Notes under the pieces: generated by a model
Seen by the model: the letters and a program-made list of their open reading frames with translations, nothing else
Database searches by the model: none
Told to the model about the DNA's origin: nothing
Made by a program: the position numbers and the translations under genes
From: an uncultured Actinomycetota bacterium
GTDB lineage: Bacteria; Actinomycetota; Actinomycetes; Actinomycetales; Microbacteriaceae
Reading direction: 5' to 3'
Length of the DNA stretch: 64,000 nucleotides
Assembly: GCA_963713945.1 (NCBI GenBank)
Contig: OY970215.1
Coordinates: forward strand, 273,916 to 337,915
In this document: piece after piece, positions 19,437 to 29,846 of the stretch
How the letters are laid out: every line of letters begins with the position of its first letter
Position numbering within the stretch: position 1 is the first letter of the stretch

Positions 19437-20411
19437 TCAGCGCGATCCGGCAGCGCCAAGCGCCCTGCGGAGAAACCCGTCGTGCTCGGCGAGGAGGGCC
19501 GTGGCAGCTTCGGGTTCGATTCCGGCGAGGTGCACGAGGATCGCCGCTTTGACCGATCCGTCGACGGCGGCGAGGGTCTGTGACGCCGTCGCGGAGTCCA
19601 CGCCGGTCGCGAGCATGACCGTGCGTTCCGACCGCGCCACCAGCTTCTTGTTGGTGGCTTTGAGGTCGACCATGAGATTGCCGTACGTCTTGCCCAGTCG
19701 CACCATCGCCAGGGTGCTGAGCATGTTCAGCACCATCTTCTGGGCTGTGCCCGCCTTGAGCCTGGTGGACCCGGTGAGAAGTTCGGGTCCGACGACCACG
19801 TCGATCCGCACCTCGGCCGCCCTTCCGAGGTCGGATGCCGCGTTGCAGGCCACGCCGACGGTGAGCGCCCCGCGGCGCCTCGCCTCCGCGATCGCACCGA
19901 GCACGTATGGCGTTCGGCCCGATGCTGAAATGCCGACAACCGTGTCCTGCTCGCCGACGTCGAGGTTGGCGATGTCCCCCAGGCCGGCCTCGCTGTCGTC
20001 CTCGGCGTCCTCCACCGCAGAGACGAGCGCGGTCTTGCCTCCGGCGATCACCCCGACGATGCGCCCGGGGTCGATGCCGAAGGTGGGCGGCGCTTCGCTC
20101 GCGTCGAGCACGCCGAGGCGCCCGGGTGTGCCAGCGCCGACGTAGATCAGGCGACCCCCGCGGAGCATCCGTTCGGAGATTCCGTCGACCGCTGTTGCGA
20201 TGGCATCCGCGTTTTCGGCCACCGCCGAAGCCACGCCGGCATCTTCGGCGTTCATCGCCGCGACGAGCTCTCGCGTCGAAAGCAGGTCGAGGTCGGCGTA
20301 CCGTTCGTTTACCCGCTCGGTCGACAGATCGGCGAGGACGGCGTGCAGTGCGGGCGCAGCAGGGGTGGAGTCGGACACGGAGGACCTCGATTCGTCTGGG
20401 GGCGTGTTCAA
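19437..20411 (-). CDS. murQ: N-acetylmuramic acid 6-phosphate etherase
   Basis: 324 aa SIS-domain protein with MurQ-type N-terminus (LSTERVNERYADLDLLSTRELVAAMNAED) and GAGTPGRLG. Confidence 0.85.
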   Translation of the reverse strand: MNTPPDESRSSVSDSTPAAPALHAVLADLSTERVNERYADLDLLSTRELVAAMNAEDAGVASAVAENADAIATAVDGISERMLRGGRLIYVGAGTPGRLGVLDASEAPPTFGIDPGRIVGVIAGGKTALVSAVEDAEDDSEAGLGDIANLDVGEQDTVVGISASGRTPYVLGAIAEARRRGALTVGVACNAASDLGRAAEVRIDVVVGPELLTGSTRLKAGTAQKMVLNMLSTLAMVRLGKTYGNLMVDLKATNKKLVARSERTVMLATGVDSATASQTLAAVDGSVKAAILVHLAGIEPEAATALLAEHDGFLRRALGAAGSR

Positions 20412-20490
20412 AACAGTACTGATCCGCGGCCCCGGGCGCAGCGGTGAGCTTTCCGCCGAGGAAAGCGTCGGCAGGCGGTAGGTTTAACCC

Positions 20491-21123
20491 ATGCGAGTGC
20501 ACGTAGCGGACCACCCCCTGATCACCCACAAACTCACGGTGTTGCGGGATCGGACGACCCCGTCTCCGGTGTTCCGGGCGCTGACGGAAGAGTTGGTGAC
20601 GCTGCTCGCCTACGAGGCCACCCGCAATGTGCGCACCGAGAGCGTCGAGATCGAGACCCCGGTCACCACGACAACGGGCCTGGCGATCAGCCAGCCTCGA
20701 CCGCTTGTGGTGCCGATCCTCCGTGCAGGACTCGGGATGCTCGAGGGCATGGTCAAGCTGCTTCCGACCGCCGAGGTCGGCTTCCTGGGCATGGTTCGCA
20801 ACGAGGAGACCCTCGAACCGACCACCTACGCCGAGCGCCTGCCGGACGACCTGTCCGACCGCCAGTGCTTCGTGCTCGACCCGATGCTGGCCACGGGCGG
20901 ATCGCTCGGTGCAGCCATCGACTTCCTCTTCGACCGCGGTGCCGTCGACGTGACCGCGATCTGCCTCCTGGCCGCGCCCGAGGGCATTGCCGCACTTGAG
21001 AAGGCGACCGAGGGCCGCGATGTGACCATCGTCCTCGGTGCGCTCGACGAACGACTCGACGAGAACGGCTACATCGTGCCGGGTCTCGGCGATGCGGGCG
21101 ACCGCCTGTACGGGCTCGTCTAG
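20491..21123 (+). CDS. upp: Uracil phosphoribosyltransferase
   Basis: 210 aa with PRPP-binding motif [13 protein letters not shown] and C-terminal [15 protein letters not shown]. Confidence 0.95.
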   Translation: MRVHVADHPLITHKLTVLRDRTTPSPVFRALTEELVTLLAYEATRNVRTESVEIETPVTTTTGLAISQPRPLVVPILRAGLGMLEGMVKLLPTAEVGFLGMVRNEETLEPTTYAERLPDDLSDRQCFVLDPMLATGGSLGAAIDFLFDRGAVDVTAICLLAAPEGIAALEKATEGRDVTIVLGALDERLDENGYIVPGLGDAGDRLYGLV

Positions 21124-21160
21124 CCTCTGCTCCCGCCGGCGCGCGCTCTTGACCCCGCGC

Positions 21161-22135
21161 CGCTCGGACAGAAACGGTTGCTCCACGGGCCAATCTCCAG
21201 CCGTTTGTGGCCAAGCGACGAGCACAACAGCCGTTTGTGGCCGAGCAATGTGCGCCCGGGCGATAGCGGGCCAGTGACACGTGCACGCCAGACGTTTCGA
21301 GCGCGATGACGCGGAAGCATCCGCCCACGAACGCTCCTCGGACAGAAATGGCTGCTCCACGGGCCAAACTCCAGCCATTCGTGACCGAGCAGTGTGCGCA
21401 ACAGCGCCCAGCCATCTGCGGCCACGTGGCTGGTGCACGCCAGACTTTTCGAGCGCGATGACGCGGAGGCATTTGCCCACGAACGCTCCTCGGACAGAAA
21501 TGGCTGCTCCACGAGCCAAACTCCAGCCATTCGTGACCGAGCAGTGAGCGCAACAGCCATTTGTGACCGAGCAGCGCGCGGCGAGCCGTACGCGGCAAAG
21601 CGCACCAGGCGATAGCTGGCCAAGTAACTGGTGCACGCCGGACATTTCGAGCGCGATGACGCCGAAGCATCCGCCCACGACCGCTCCTCGGACAGAAACG
21701 GCTGCTCCACGCGCCAAACTCCAGCCATTTGTGACCGAGCAGTGTGCGCAACAGCGCCCAGCCATCTGCGGCCACGTGGCTGGTGCTCGCCAGACTTTTA
21801 GAGCGCGATGACGCGGAAGCATCCGCCCACGAACGCTCCTCAGACAGAAACGGCTGCTCCACGAGACAAACTCCAGCCATTCGTGACCGAGCAGTGAGCG
21901 CAACAGCCATTCGTGACCGAGCAGTGAGCGCAACAGCCAAATGTGGCCGAGCAATGTGCGCCCGGGCGTTGGCGGGCCAAGCGACAGGTGCACGCCAGAC
22001 ATTTCGAGCGCGATGAGGACGCGGCGGCATCCGCTCACGAACGCTCCTCGGACAGAAATGGCTGCTCCACGAGCCAAACTCCAGCCATTTGTGACCGAGC
22101 AGCGCGCGCAACAGCCGTTTGTGACCGAGCGACGC
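21161..22135. repeat. Nested tandem-repeat array (six ~60-nt cores; at least eleven copies of a 21-nt motif)
   Basis: Cores GACAGAAA(T/C)GGCTGCTCCACG(A/G)GCCAAACTCCAGCCATT(C/T)GTGACCGAGCAG start at 21167, 21341, 21493, 21691, 21843 and 22051. Motif CAGCC(A/G)TT(C/T)GTG(A/G)CCGAGCA starts at 21198, 21228, 21372, 21524, 21554, 21722, 21874, 21904, 21934, 22082 and 22112. Unit lengths are not multiples of 3. Confidence 0.9.
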
Positions 22136-22635
22136 CCGCACGCGGCACCCTCGACGCGCCCCTACCACCGCGATCTTCCGCGATGCAGGCTCTGCGACAG
22201 AACGACCACGCCGACAGACACCTCGCAGATCTTGTGCGATAAACGCCACGCACACGAAGAATCTTCTGAATCTGACGGATATTCGTCACGCGGTGCAAAG
22301 ATTTGACACACGGCGACACCGTGCTGTTGACTCATCCACATGACTGATAACGCACATCCCCTGAGCTCCCCCGAGCCTCGTGGAACTGCGGGCATGATGA
22401 TGGCCCGTAGCGCAGTCGTGTGTTGTCGAATGTGTCGCTAACCGCGTAACCCGACGCCACGCTCGCGCCGACCGATCTCGTCGTCGCGTTGCGTCCCGGA
22501 TGCCACACCTCGCATCCGTTCCGGCCACCGCACAGGCCACATTCCGAACCGCCGTCAGATGAACGGCATCCGTCGTATCCGCTTCACGCGGCGACCGCGG
22601 TTCGACGCATCATCATCATTCAAAGGATTGCCCGC

Positions 22636-23334
22636 ATGTCTCTCGCTCACGCCACCACCTTCGCACCGTCCACCGCCGTCGCCCCGACCGCCGCGGCATC
22701 CGCCCCCCGCCTCCGCGCTGTTCCCGAAGGGACCGAGGCACGCGGGTTCGTTCTCTACGTCGGCATCGACGACGTCAAGGCCGCCGCCGCCGGAACGAAC
22801 CTCGGTGCGATCGTGCAGGCGCTCAAGGCCCTCGCAGCTGAACTCGCCCCCGAATCCGAAACGTACGCGGCTGTTGCACTCGCCCCCAAGGAGGCCGGTG
22901 GTCGCGATGTCGACGTCGTGCGCCTCGCGCTCCAGGACCCGTCGGCGCTGGCCAAGCACCGCCAGGCAGAGGAGGACGAGGACCTCGATCGGGCACATTC
23001 CGGCGTCGTGATCGACATCTCGCGCAAGCGCCTCCTGCTCGACAACGACTCGGTGGGCCTCACCTACAAGGAGTTCGAACTGCTGCAGTACCTGGTTCTC
23101 CGCGAGGGACGCACCATCGAGCGTGCCGAACTGATCTCCTCGCTCTGGAAAGCCGGCGACGAGGACGAGGTTCCCAACGAACGCACCATCGACGTGCACG
23201 TGCGTCGCCTGCGCGCCAAGCTCGGCCGCTACGAAGACATCGTTCGCACCGTTCGCGGGGTCGGATACCGCTTCGACCGTCACGCCGACGTGTCGATCCG
23301 GCACTCCTCCACTCCGTCGCCCGACCTCTTCTAG
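22636..23334 (+). CDS. Orphan OmpR/PhoB-type winged-helix DNA-binding protein (no recognisable receiver domain)
   Basis: ATG 22636 is preceded by AAAGGA. The C-terminal wHTH reads LTYKEFELLQYLVLREGRTIERAELISSLW...TIDVHVRRLRAKLGRYEDIVRTVRGVGYRF. The Ala-rich N-terminal ~120 aa lacks obvious phospho-acceptor motifs. Confidence 0.75.
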   Translation: MSLAHATTFAPSTAVAPTAAASAPRLRAVPEGTEARGFVLYVGIDDVKAAAAGTNLGAIVQALKALAAELAPESETYAAVALAPKEAGGRDVDVVRLALQDPSALAKHRQAEEDEDLDRAHSGVVIDISRKRLLLDNDSVGLTYKEFELLQYLVLREGRTIERAELISSLWKAGDEDEVPNERTIDVHVRRLRAKLGRYEDIVRTVRGVGYRFDRHADVSIRHSSTPSPDLF

Positions 23335-23396
23335 GACATTTCCGTGACGCCAGCGGGAACGCACTAACGGGACGTCACCGCTTCTAAGCTGGTGCC

Positions 23397-24597
23397 ATGA
23401 CAGCAGGGGACGGATCGGTCGGCCGCGGAATTCGGACGAGGATGACGGCTCGCGCTGTCGACGAACCACACCGGGCGGCGAGCCCGCTCGAACTACTCTT
23501 CGACCTCACCTTCGTCGTCGCTATTGCCAGCATCACCAGCCAGCTCGCCCATGGCATCGCCGAGGGGCACGCCGGGGAGGTTTCGCTGCCGTTCCTTCAG
23601 GTCTTCTTCGCTATCTGGTGGGCGTGGATGAACTTCACCTGGTTCGCGTCGTCGTACGACACCGACGATATCCCGTACCGGCTGCTCACCATGGTGCAGA
23701 TGGCCGGTGTCCTTCTGCTTGCCGCCGGCGTGCCTGCCGCCTTCAACGATGGGGACTTCCTGGCCATCACGCTCGGCTACCTCCTGATGCGTATCGGCCT
23801 CGTCGCGCAGTGGTTGCGTGCCGCCTGGGAGCATCCGGCTGGCCGAAGTACCGCGCTTCGCTACGCCGCCGGGATCAGCCTGGTCCAGGTCGGGTGGCTG
23901 CTCCGCACCACCGAACTGATGCCCGCTGACTGGCTGCTGGCCTCCTTCTTCGTCCTCGTGGTGGGAGAGCTGTTGATTCCGAGATGGGCGGAACGTCGGG
24001 GCCGCACCTCGTGGCATCCGCATCACATCGCCGAACGCTACGGGCTGTTCACGATCATCCTCCTCGGCGAAAGCGTGTTGGCGGCGTCGGTCGGGGTGAC
24101 GGCCGCACTGGATGCTGGCGGGATCACGGGCATGCTCGTGCTGATCGCGACATCCGGCCTGGTGCTTCTCTTCGCGCTGTGGTGGATGTACTTCCTTGAA
24201 CCTGCTGGTGATGGCCTCGCCGCCAACCGGCATCGCTCATTTCTCTGGGGATACGGCCATTACGGACTGTTCGCCGCACTCGCCGCTCTCGGAGCCGGAC
24301 TCGAGGTCGCGGTCGAACAGACCCGGACATCACCTCGAGGTCTCGCCGACCATCGTTGGTTTTGCGGTGGCTATCCCAACAGCGGTCTTTGTCGTGCTGC
24401 TCTGGGCCGTGCACGCGCCCATCGTGTCACGCCCGATCATCCGGCCGGGGCTTCTCCTCGGTGCCGCGGTTCTCATCCTCCTGTTCCCGCTGGCTGCTGG
24501 GTCAATCGGGGTCGGGCCCGTGGTCGCTGCGATCGCGGTGACCTGCGCTGCCGTCGTCGCAGTGACGATCATCAGGAGCGCGGGCAGGGAATCCTGA
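23397..24597 (+). pseudogene. ltrA: Low-temperature-requirement protein A (LtrA) family membrane protein, frameshifted
   Basis: The N-terminal part is in the frame of ORF 23397..24860 (SPLELLFDLTFVVAIASITSQL). The membrane-like C-terminal part continues in ORF 24196..24597. Removing one C from ACCC at 24321-24324 gives ...VEQTGHHLEVSPTIVGFAV... Confidence 0.75.
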
Positions 24598-24613
24598 CCC
24601 GCGGCGCCGAGGG

Positions 24614-27185
24614 CTACCGCGTCGAAGCGCGCGAGTACTCGGCGATCCGTTCGGCCAGGTACGGTGCCGTTCGACTGTCCGGATGCTCCGCGACGTCTGC
24701 AGGGACGCCAGCGACGACGACGCGCCCGCCTTCATTGCCCCCGGATGGACCCATGTCGATGACCCAGTCTGCGCCGGCGACGACATCCATGTCGTGCTCG
24801 ACGAGAACGACGGTATTGCCGGTATCAACAAGTCGATTGAGCTGCGTCATCAGGAGCTGAACGTCGGCGGGGTGCAGGCCCGTGGTCGGCTCATCGAGGA
24901 GGTACAGCGTGTGACCGCGACGTGCACGCTGCAGCTCGGTGGCGAGCTTGATGCGCTGGGCCTCGCCGCCGGACAGTTCCGTCGCGGGCTGGCCGAGCCG
25001 CAGGTATCCGAGGCCGACCTCCTTGAGCGTCTCCAGGCTGCGGGATGCCGCCGGCACTTCCGCGAGGAACACGGATGCGTCGTCGACGGTCATCCGCAGC
25101 ACGTCGGCGACGTTGGTGTCGCGGTAGAGGATCTCGAGCGTCTCGGCGTTGTACCGGGATCCGCCACAGGTGGGGCAGGGCGCATAGCTGCCGGGCAGGA
25201 ACAGGAGTTCCACCTCGACGAAACCCTCACCGAGGCACGTGTCGCAGCGACCACCGACGACGTTGAACGAGAACCGGCCGGCGTCGTAGCCGCGCGCGAC
25301 GGCATCCGGTGTCGCCGCGAACGTCGCCCGGACGGCATCGAACAGGCCGGTGTACGTCGCCAGGTTCGACCGTGGCGTGCGACCGATGGGGCGCTGGTCG
25401 ACGCGCACCAGCCGGTCGACAGCCTCGAGTCCGGTCACATCATCGATCGCGGTCGCCTCGGTCGGGTCGACGAGGTCGCCATCCGGGAGGTCGCCAGTCG
25501 GCTCGGCGAGCGGCACCTGATGTCCGCGCGCACGGTGCAGACCCTCGTGGACCGCATCCGCCAGCACACGACTGACCAGCGTCGACTTGCCCGAGCCGGA
25601 CACCCCGGTCACGGCGGTGAGCACGCCGAGCGGGATCTTCACGTCGAGATCGATGAGGTTGTGCCGGGTAATGCCGTGTAGTCCGAGCCAGCCTGAGGGG
25701 GTGCGGAGGGTCGGCTGCTCGGGAATCGCGGCTGCGTCCCGGAACAGGAACGGCCGGGTGAGCGAGGTCTCAACTTCGGCGAGCCCCGCAACCGGTCCGC
25801 TGTAGAGAACCGAACCGCCGCCAGACCCGGCACGCGGACCCACATCCACGAGCCAGTCGGCATGCCGGACGACGTCCATGTTGTGCTCGACGACGAAGAC
25901 GGAGTTGCCGGCGGCCACGAGCTGTTCGAGCACGATGATCAGCGGCTCGGCGTCGGCCGGGTGCAGGCCCGCCGACGGCTCGTCGAGCACGTAGACGACG
26001 CCGAAGAGGCCCGAGCGCAGCTGGGTGGCGATGCGCAGCCGTTGCATCTCGCCCGGCGACAGTGTCGGCGTCTTGCGCCCCAGGCTCAGGTAGCCGAGGC
26101 CGAGGCTGCTGAGCACCTCGATCCGCTCGAGCAGGTCGGTCGTGATGGTGACGGCAACTTCGGTCACCTCCCCTGATGACGCGGATGCGACGGCTGCGGT
26201 CGCTGCGTCCAGCTGGGTGGTCGGCCGGATGACCTCGGCGAGCTCGGAGAGCGGCAGGGCGTTGAGCTCCGCGATGGTGTGTCCGGCAAAGGTGACCGCG
26301 AGCGCGGCCCGGGTGAGACCGCTGCCACCGCAGAGGTCGCACGGACCTGTGTCGACGAATCGCAGCGCACGCGCTGCGGGCGGTCTCGCTCTTCGAATCG
26401 GCGAGGGTGTGCATGACGTAGCTTTTCGCGCTCCAGAAACGACCCTTGTATGGCTTCGCGACCCGGTCCCGCTGCGGCGTCACTTCGACGACGGGCTGTT
26501 CCTCCGTGAACAGCAGCCAGTCCCGGTCGGCACGAGGCAGGTCCCGCCACGGAATCTCGATGTTGTATCCGAGCTCAGACACGACATCCCGCAGATTCTT
26601 CCCCTGCCAGGCGCCGGGCCACGCGGTGATCGCCCCGTCCCGGATGCTGAGGGTCGGGTCGAGGACCGCCGACGCCTCCGTCACCGTATGGGCGATTCCG
26701 AGTCCGTGGCAGCGCGGACATGCGCCGGCTGCGGTGTTGGGCGAGAAGGAGTCGGACTCTAGCCGCGGCGCATCGGCCGGGTAGCTGCCCGCCCGCGAGT
26801 AGAGCATGCGGGTCGAGTTCGACAGGGTCGTGAGGGTTCCCACAGTGGAGCGGGAACTCGCGGCGCCGCGGCGCTGCTGCAGTGCGACCGCGGGAGGCAG
26901 GCCCGTGATCTCGTCGACGTGGGGCGTGTGTCCCTGGGCGATCAGGCGCCGGGCGTACGGCGCAACGGACTCCAGGAACCGCCTCTGGGCTTCGGCGAAG
27001 ATCGTGCCGAACGCGAGCGAGGACTTACCCGAGCCGGATACCCCGGTGAAGGCGACGATGCTCCCGCGGGGAACATCGACGTCGACATCGCGGAGGTTGT
27101 TTTCGCGGGCGCCACGGACGCGGACGAAACCGGCGTCGTGGGCATCCGGGGTGGCGGGGCTGGGGTGTTGCTGGAGGGTCGACAC
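24614..27185 (-). pseudogene. UvrA-like excinuclease ATPase paralogue (class II size), frameshifted
   Basis: The N-part is ORF 25770..27227 (Walker A GVSGSGKSSLAF). The C-part frame (ORF 24614..26167) stays open upstream and reads ...ALRFVDTGPCDLCGGSGL... It carries a second Walker A (GVSGSGKSTLV), LSGGEAQRIKLA and CxxC fingers. The frame switch is near 26365-26378. Confidence 0.8.
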
Positions 27186-27318
27186 CGTCTCCACCCTAGG
27201 CGGGGAGCGGATGCGGACGGGGGCCATTGACAGCGGCTGCTGAGCGCTGGCCGCATCTGAGCTCCGCCGTGATCAGCACCACAGCAATCGCGATGAGCTC
27301 TTCAGCCCTGCTCTTCCC

Positions 27319-28149
27319 TCACGCCTGGTTATTGCGCCGGCGCATCTTGAAGAGCTCGCCACCTCGCACGATGCGCAACGCCGTCACAAGCATCACGCCG
27401 CCGAGCAGGTTGAACGCGAGGACCGGCACAAACCAGCCCAGCCATTCGAGGTAGCTGATGTCGGCACCGCTGAGAATCGCTCCGAACGCAAAGAGTGAGT
27501 CCAGAATCGAGTGGAACAGCTGAAACCCCGCTAGAACGAAGCCGCCCACAACTGCGGCGACGATCTTCGGCATTTCAGAGTGGGCTCCCTCCTGCATCCG
27601 AGTCATGAGGGTGATCACTGCGCCGCCCAGCAGAGCAAGGGTGACGAACTGCCAGGAGAACGGCGCGTCGATGAAGTGATGGGCTGTTTCAGCAAGAAGC
27701 GAGTGCCACTCAGGGAAGGCGGTCACGATGATGAGCATCACCAGCCAGCCGCCGAGGAGGTTGGCGAACAGCGTTCCTGACCACAGCTTGGCCAGCTGCC
27801 AGAACGTTCCTTCACGGGCGATGAGTGCTGCGATCGGCATGAGAAAGTTCTCGGTGAACAATTCACTGTGCGCCATCAGCAGCGCGATCAATCCGATGCT
27901 GAAGGCAAGGCCTGCGAGGAGCTGGTCGCCGGTCTCGTGGAGAACGCCGAGATAGGCGAGCACTCCGATGCCCACTTCGACGCCACCGAGAAACCCTGTG
28001 ACGAGGGTCGCTCGAAAGGTGCGGTGCAGGCGTTCAGCCCCCTCGCCGACCACGTCCTCAAACTCGAGCTCAAGCTCTTCTTCGACGGGCCCTTCGTTCG
28101 CCCCGTCGGCGCGCCGCTCGTCGGCACTTGTCTCGTGATCGTCAGCCAT
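27319..28149 (-). CDS. Formate/nitrite transporter (FNT) family protein
   Basis: ATG 28149 (MADDHE...). This is a polytopic protein with FNT-like segments (LAFSIGLIALLMAHSELFTENFLMP). Confidence 0.75.
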   Translation of the reverse strand: MADDHETSADERRADGANEGPVEEELELEFEDVVGEGAERLHRTFRATLVTGFLGGVEVGIGVLAYLGVLHETGDQLLAGLAFSIGLIALLMAHSELFTENFLMPIAALIAREGTFWQLAKLWSGTLFANLLGGWLVMLIIVTAFPEWHSLLAETAHHFIDAPFSWQFVTLALLGGAVITLMTRMQEGAHSEMPKIVAAVVGGFVLAGFQLFHSILDSLFAFGAILSGADISYLEWLGWFVPVLAFNLLGGVMLVTALRIVRGGELFKMRRRNNQA

Positions 28150-28272
28150 AACCCGAGTTTCGCACGTGGATGCCACCCTGCGGCGGGATTGACATCGCAG
28201 CGTGTGAGGTTTCACATCACCAGTCCTCCCACCCGCTGACGACGATGCGAGCGGCTAGCAAGGTATGGAATC

Positions 28273-28749
28273 TCAGACCCGGGTCGGATGCTCGGCGTTG
28301 CGCCGGGCGAATCCGAGGATCGCCAGGCTTGCTGTTGCGGCAAGGAAGATCAGTTGGATGATCGTCCGCGGAACGAGCGTGCTCGTCCAGGGCAAGTCGG
28401 TTCCGGTGAGGGCGAGGTTGATGTTAGCCGGGAACATCGCGATGAGCAGCGCGGTGAGCCCGAGAGCAGCCCACGGAGCGAGCCGGCGCGAGACCATCGC
28501 GACGGCAGCGGCGAGTTGAAGCAGGCCGGTGCCGGTGACGATCAGGTCGGGAGCCGGCAGCCACTCCGGAACCATCTCGATCATCTGCTCGCGCATGCCG
28601 ACGAAGTGGCTGATGCCGGTGACGAGGAACATCGCGCCGATGGCGATGCGCAACGAGATGGCCACATCCGGATGCCCCGATTCGCCACGGCGAGACGTCG
28701 CGAACATTGCAACACCGAACATCAGGGTGAGAACGATGAGAGGAACCAT
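28273..28749 (-). CDS. DoxX-like small membrane protein
   Basis: 158 aa with four predicted TM helices and DoxX-like character (LRIAIGAMFLVTGISHF, FPANINLAL). The family assignment is tentative. Confidence 0.5.
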   Translation of the reverse strand: MVPLIVLTLMFGVAMFATSRRGESGHPDVAISLRIAIGAMFLVTGISHFVGMREQMIEMVPEWLPAPDLIVTGTGLLQLAAAVAMVSRRLAPWAALGLTALLIAMFPANINLALTGTDLPWTSTLVPRTIIQLIFLAATASLAILGFARRNAEHPTRV

Positions 28750-28926
28750 GGACTACTCCGATCAGAGCCCGGTCACGCCAGTGCGCGTACACGCACATTG
28801 TGATCTCGACCGGTCAGTCCCGCAAGGGACCGCAGGTAGCCGGGCTCATCTGACTTTGTGATCGTCAGCCGGGTCGGTGGTGAGCGCACCGCGGCGGGCG
28901 GTAGCGTAGGCGCCAGGGGGGATGGC

Positions 28927-29763
28927 ATGGCGCAGCAGAAGCAACAGGAACTGGTAGAAAGCGATGCCCGTCTGTGGCGGGCGGAATTGAGGTCGCTCAC
29001 GACCGGGGTCAACCTGGTTGTGCTTCTCATCGCTGTCGCGGCCGGTGTGTGGGGGGTCTTCGACGGTATGATCGATGCCGGAGGCGATCGTTTCGCCGGG
29101 ACCTTGAGCACCGTCGCGCCGAGCATCTATGCCGGATGGTGCATGCTGGAGCCGGCACTGCGCCGCACGACGACTACGGCGTCGGTGATAGTGCGGTTGG
29201 CGTCGGCCTGTCTGGTTGCGCCAGGGTTGGCAGCTGTCGCGATTGGGGCGGTGCAGGCCATCGCCGTGATCTTCCCCGGGATCCGAGATGTCATCGACGT
29301 TGCGACGGAAAATAACCGCGGATTCCACTACTACTGGGACGAGGGCATTGGTGCCCAACTGTTCCTCGTGCCGTTGGCGGGCTGGGCGATAGGCATGGTC
29401 GTTGCTCTGGGCGTCTGCATGATCCTGACGCTGCCGATTCTCTCGCTGCGGGCGCCCCACACGGTATCCAGCGGCTCACACATTGAAGCGGTAACTGCCG
29501 AAAAGCGAGACCCAACAGCTGCGCTTGTGTTCTGCGGCCTCGGTGCGACGATGCTGGGGACTGCACTCTGGCAATTCGGTGACGGCGGGAACATTGCCGA
29601 GTTCCCCGAGGATCTCGGGGACTTTATTCGATCGCTCTCGTACGGCTATTTCTACTGGAACGACGCGATGTGGCTGATCGGCGTCGTGTTCGTCGTCGCT
29701 GGTGTGCTCGCGATGGCTTGGGGATGTGTGACCGTGGTATCTGCGCGACGGCGCAGGCGCTGA
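28927..29763 (+). CDS. Hypothetical polytopic membrane protein
   Basis: In-frame ATG 28927 (MAQQKQQELVES...) followed by several hydrophobic segments. I recognise no family. Confidence 0.5.
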   Translation: MAQQKQQELVESDARLWRAELRSLTTGVNLVVLLIAVAAGVWGVFDGMIDAGGDRFAGTLSTVAPSIYAGWCMLEPALRRTTTTASVIVRLASACLVAPGLAAVAIGAVQAIAVIFPGIRDVIDVATENNRGFHYYWDEGIGAQLFLVPLAGWAIGMVVALGVCMILTLPILSLRAPHTVSSGSHIEAVTAEKRDPTAALVFCGLGATMLGTALWQFGDGGNIAEFPEDLGDFIRSLSYGYFYWNDAMWLIGVVFVVAGVLAMAWGCVTVVSARRRRR

Positions 29764-29846
29764 CCCGGCGGGGCTCTCGTCGATCAGGCAGACGACTCGC
29801 CTCTTCCGGCTCCTCGAGGTGTCGGGCCTTCCCTCTCGTCGTGTCT

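Noticed and set aside
21161-22135. CRISPR array interpretation of the repeats
   Set aside because: There is no short constant repeat alternating with unique spacers. The intervening sequences are themselves repeated, periods are 30 and 150-210 bp, and no cas genes lie nearby.
19426-22255. Very long minus-strand ORFs (883 aa and 500 aa) running through murQ, upp and the repeat array, plus many 70-200-aa ORFs inside the array
   Set aside because: They are antisense to well-supported genes or lie in the repeats. Their products are Arg/Pro/Ala-rich low-complexity strings typical of open frames in high-GC DNA. The repeat unit lengths (152, 174, 208 nt) are not multiples of three.
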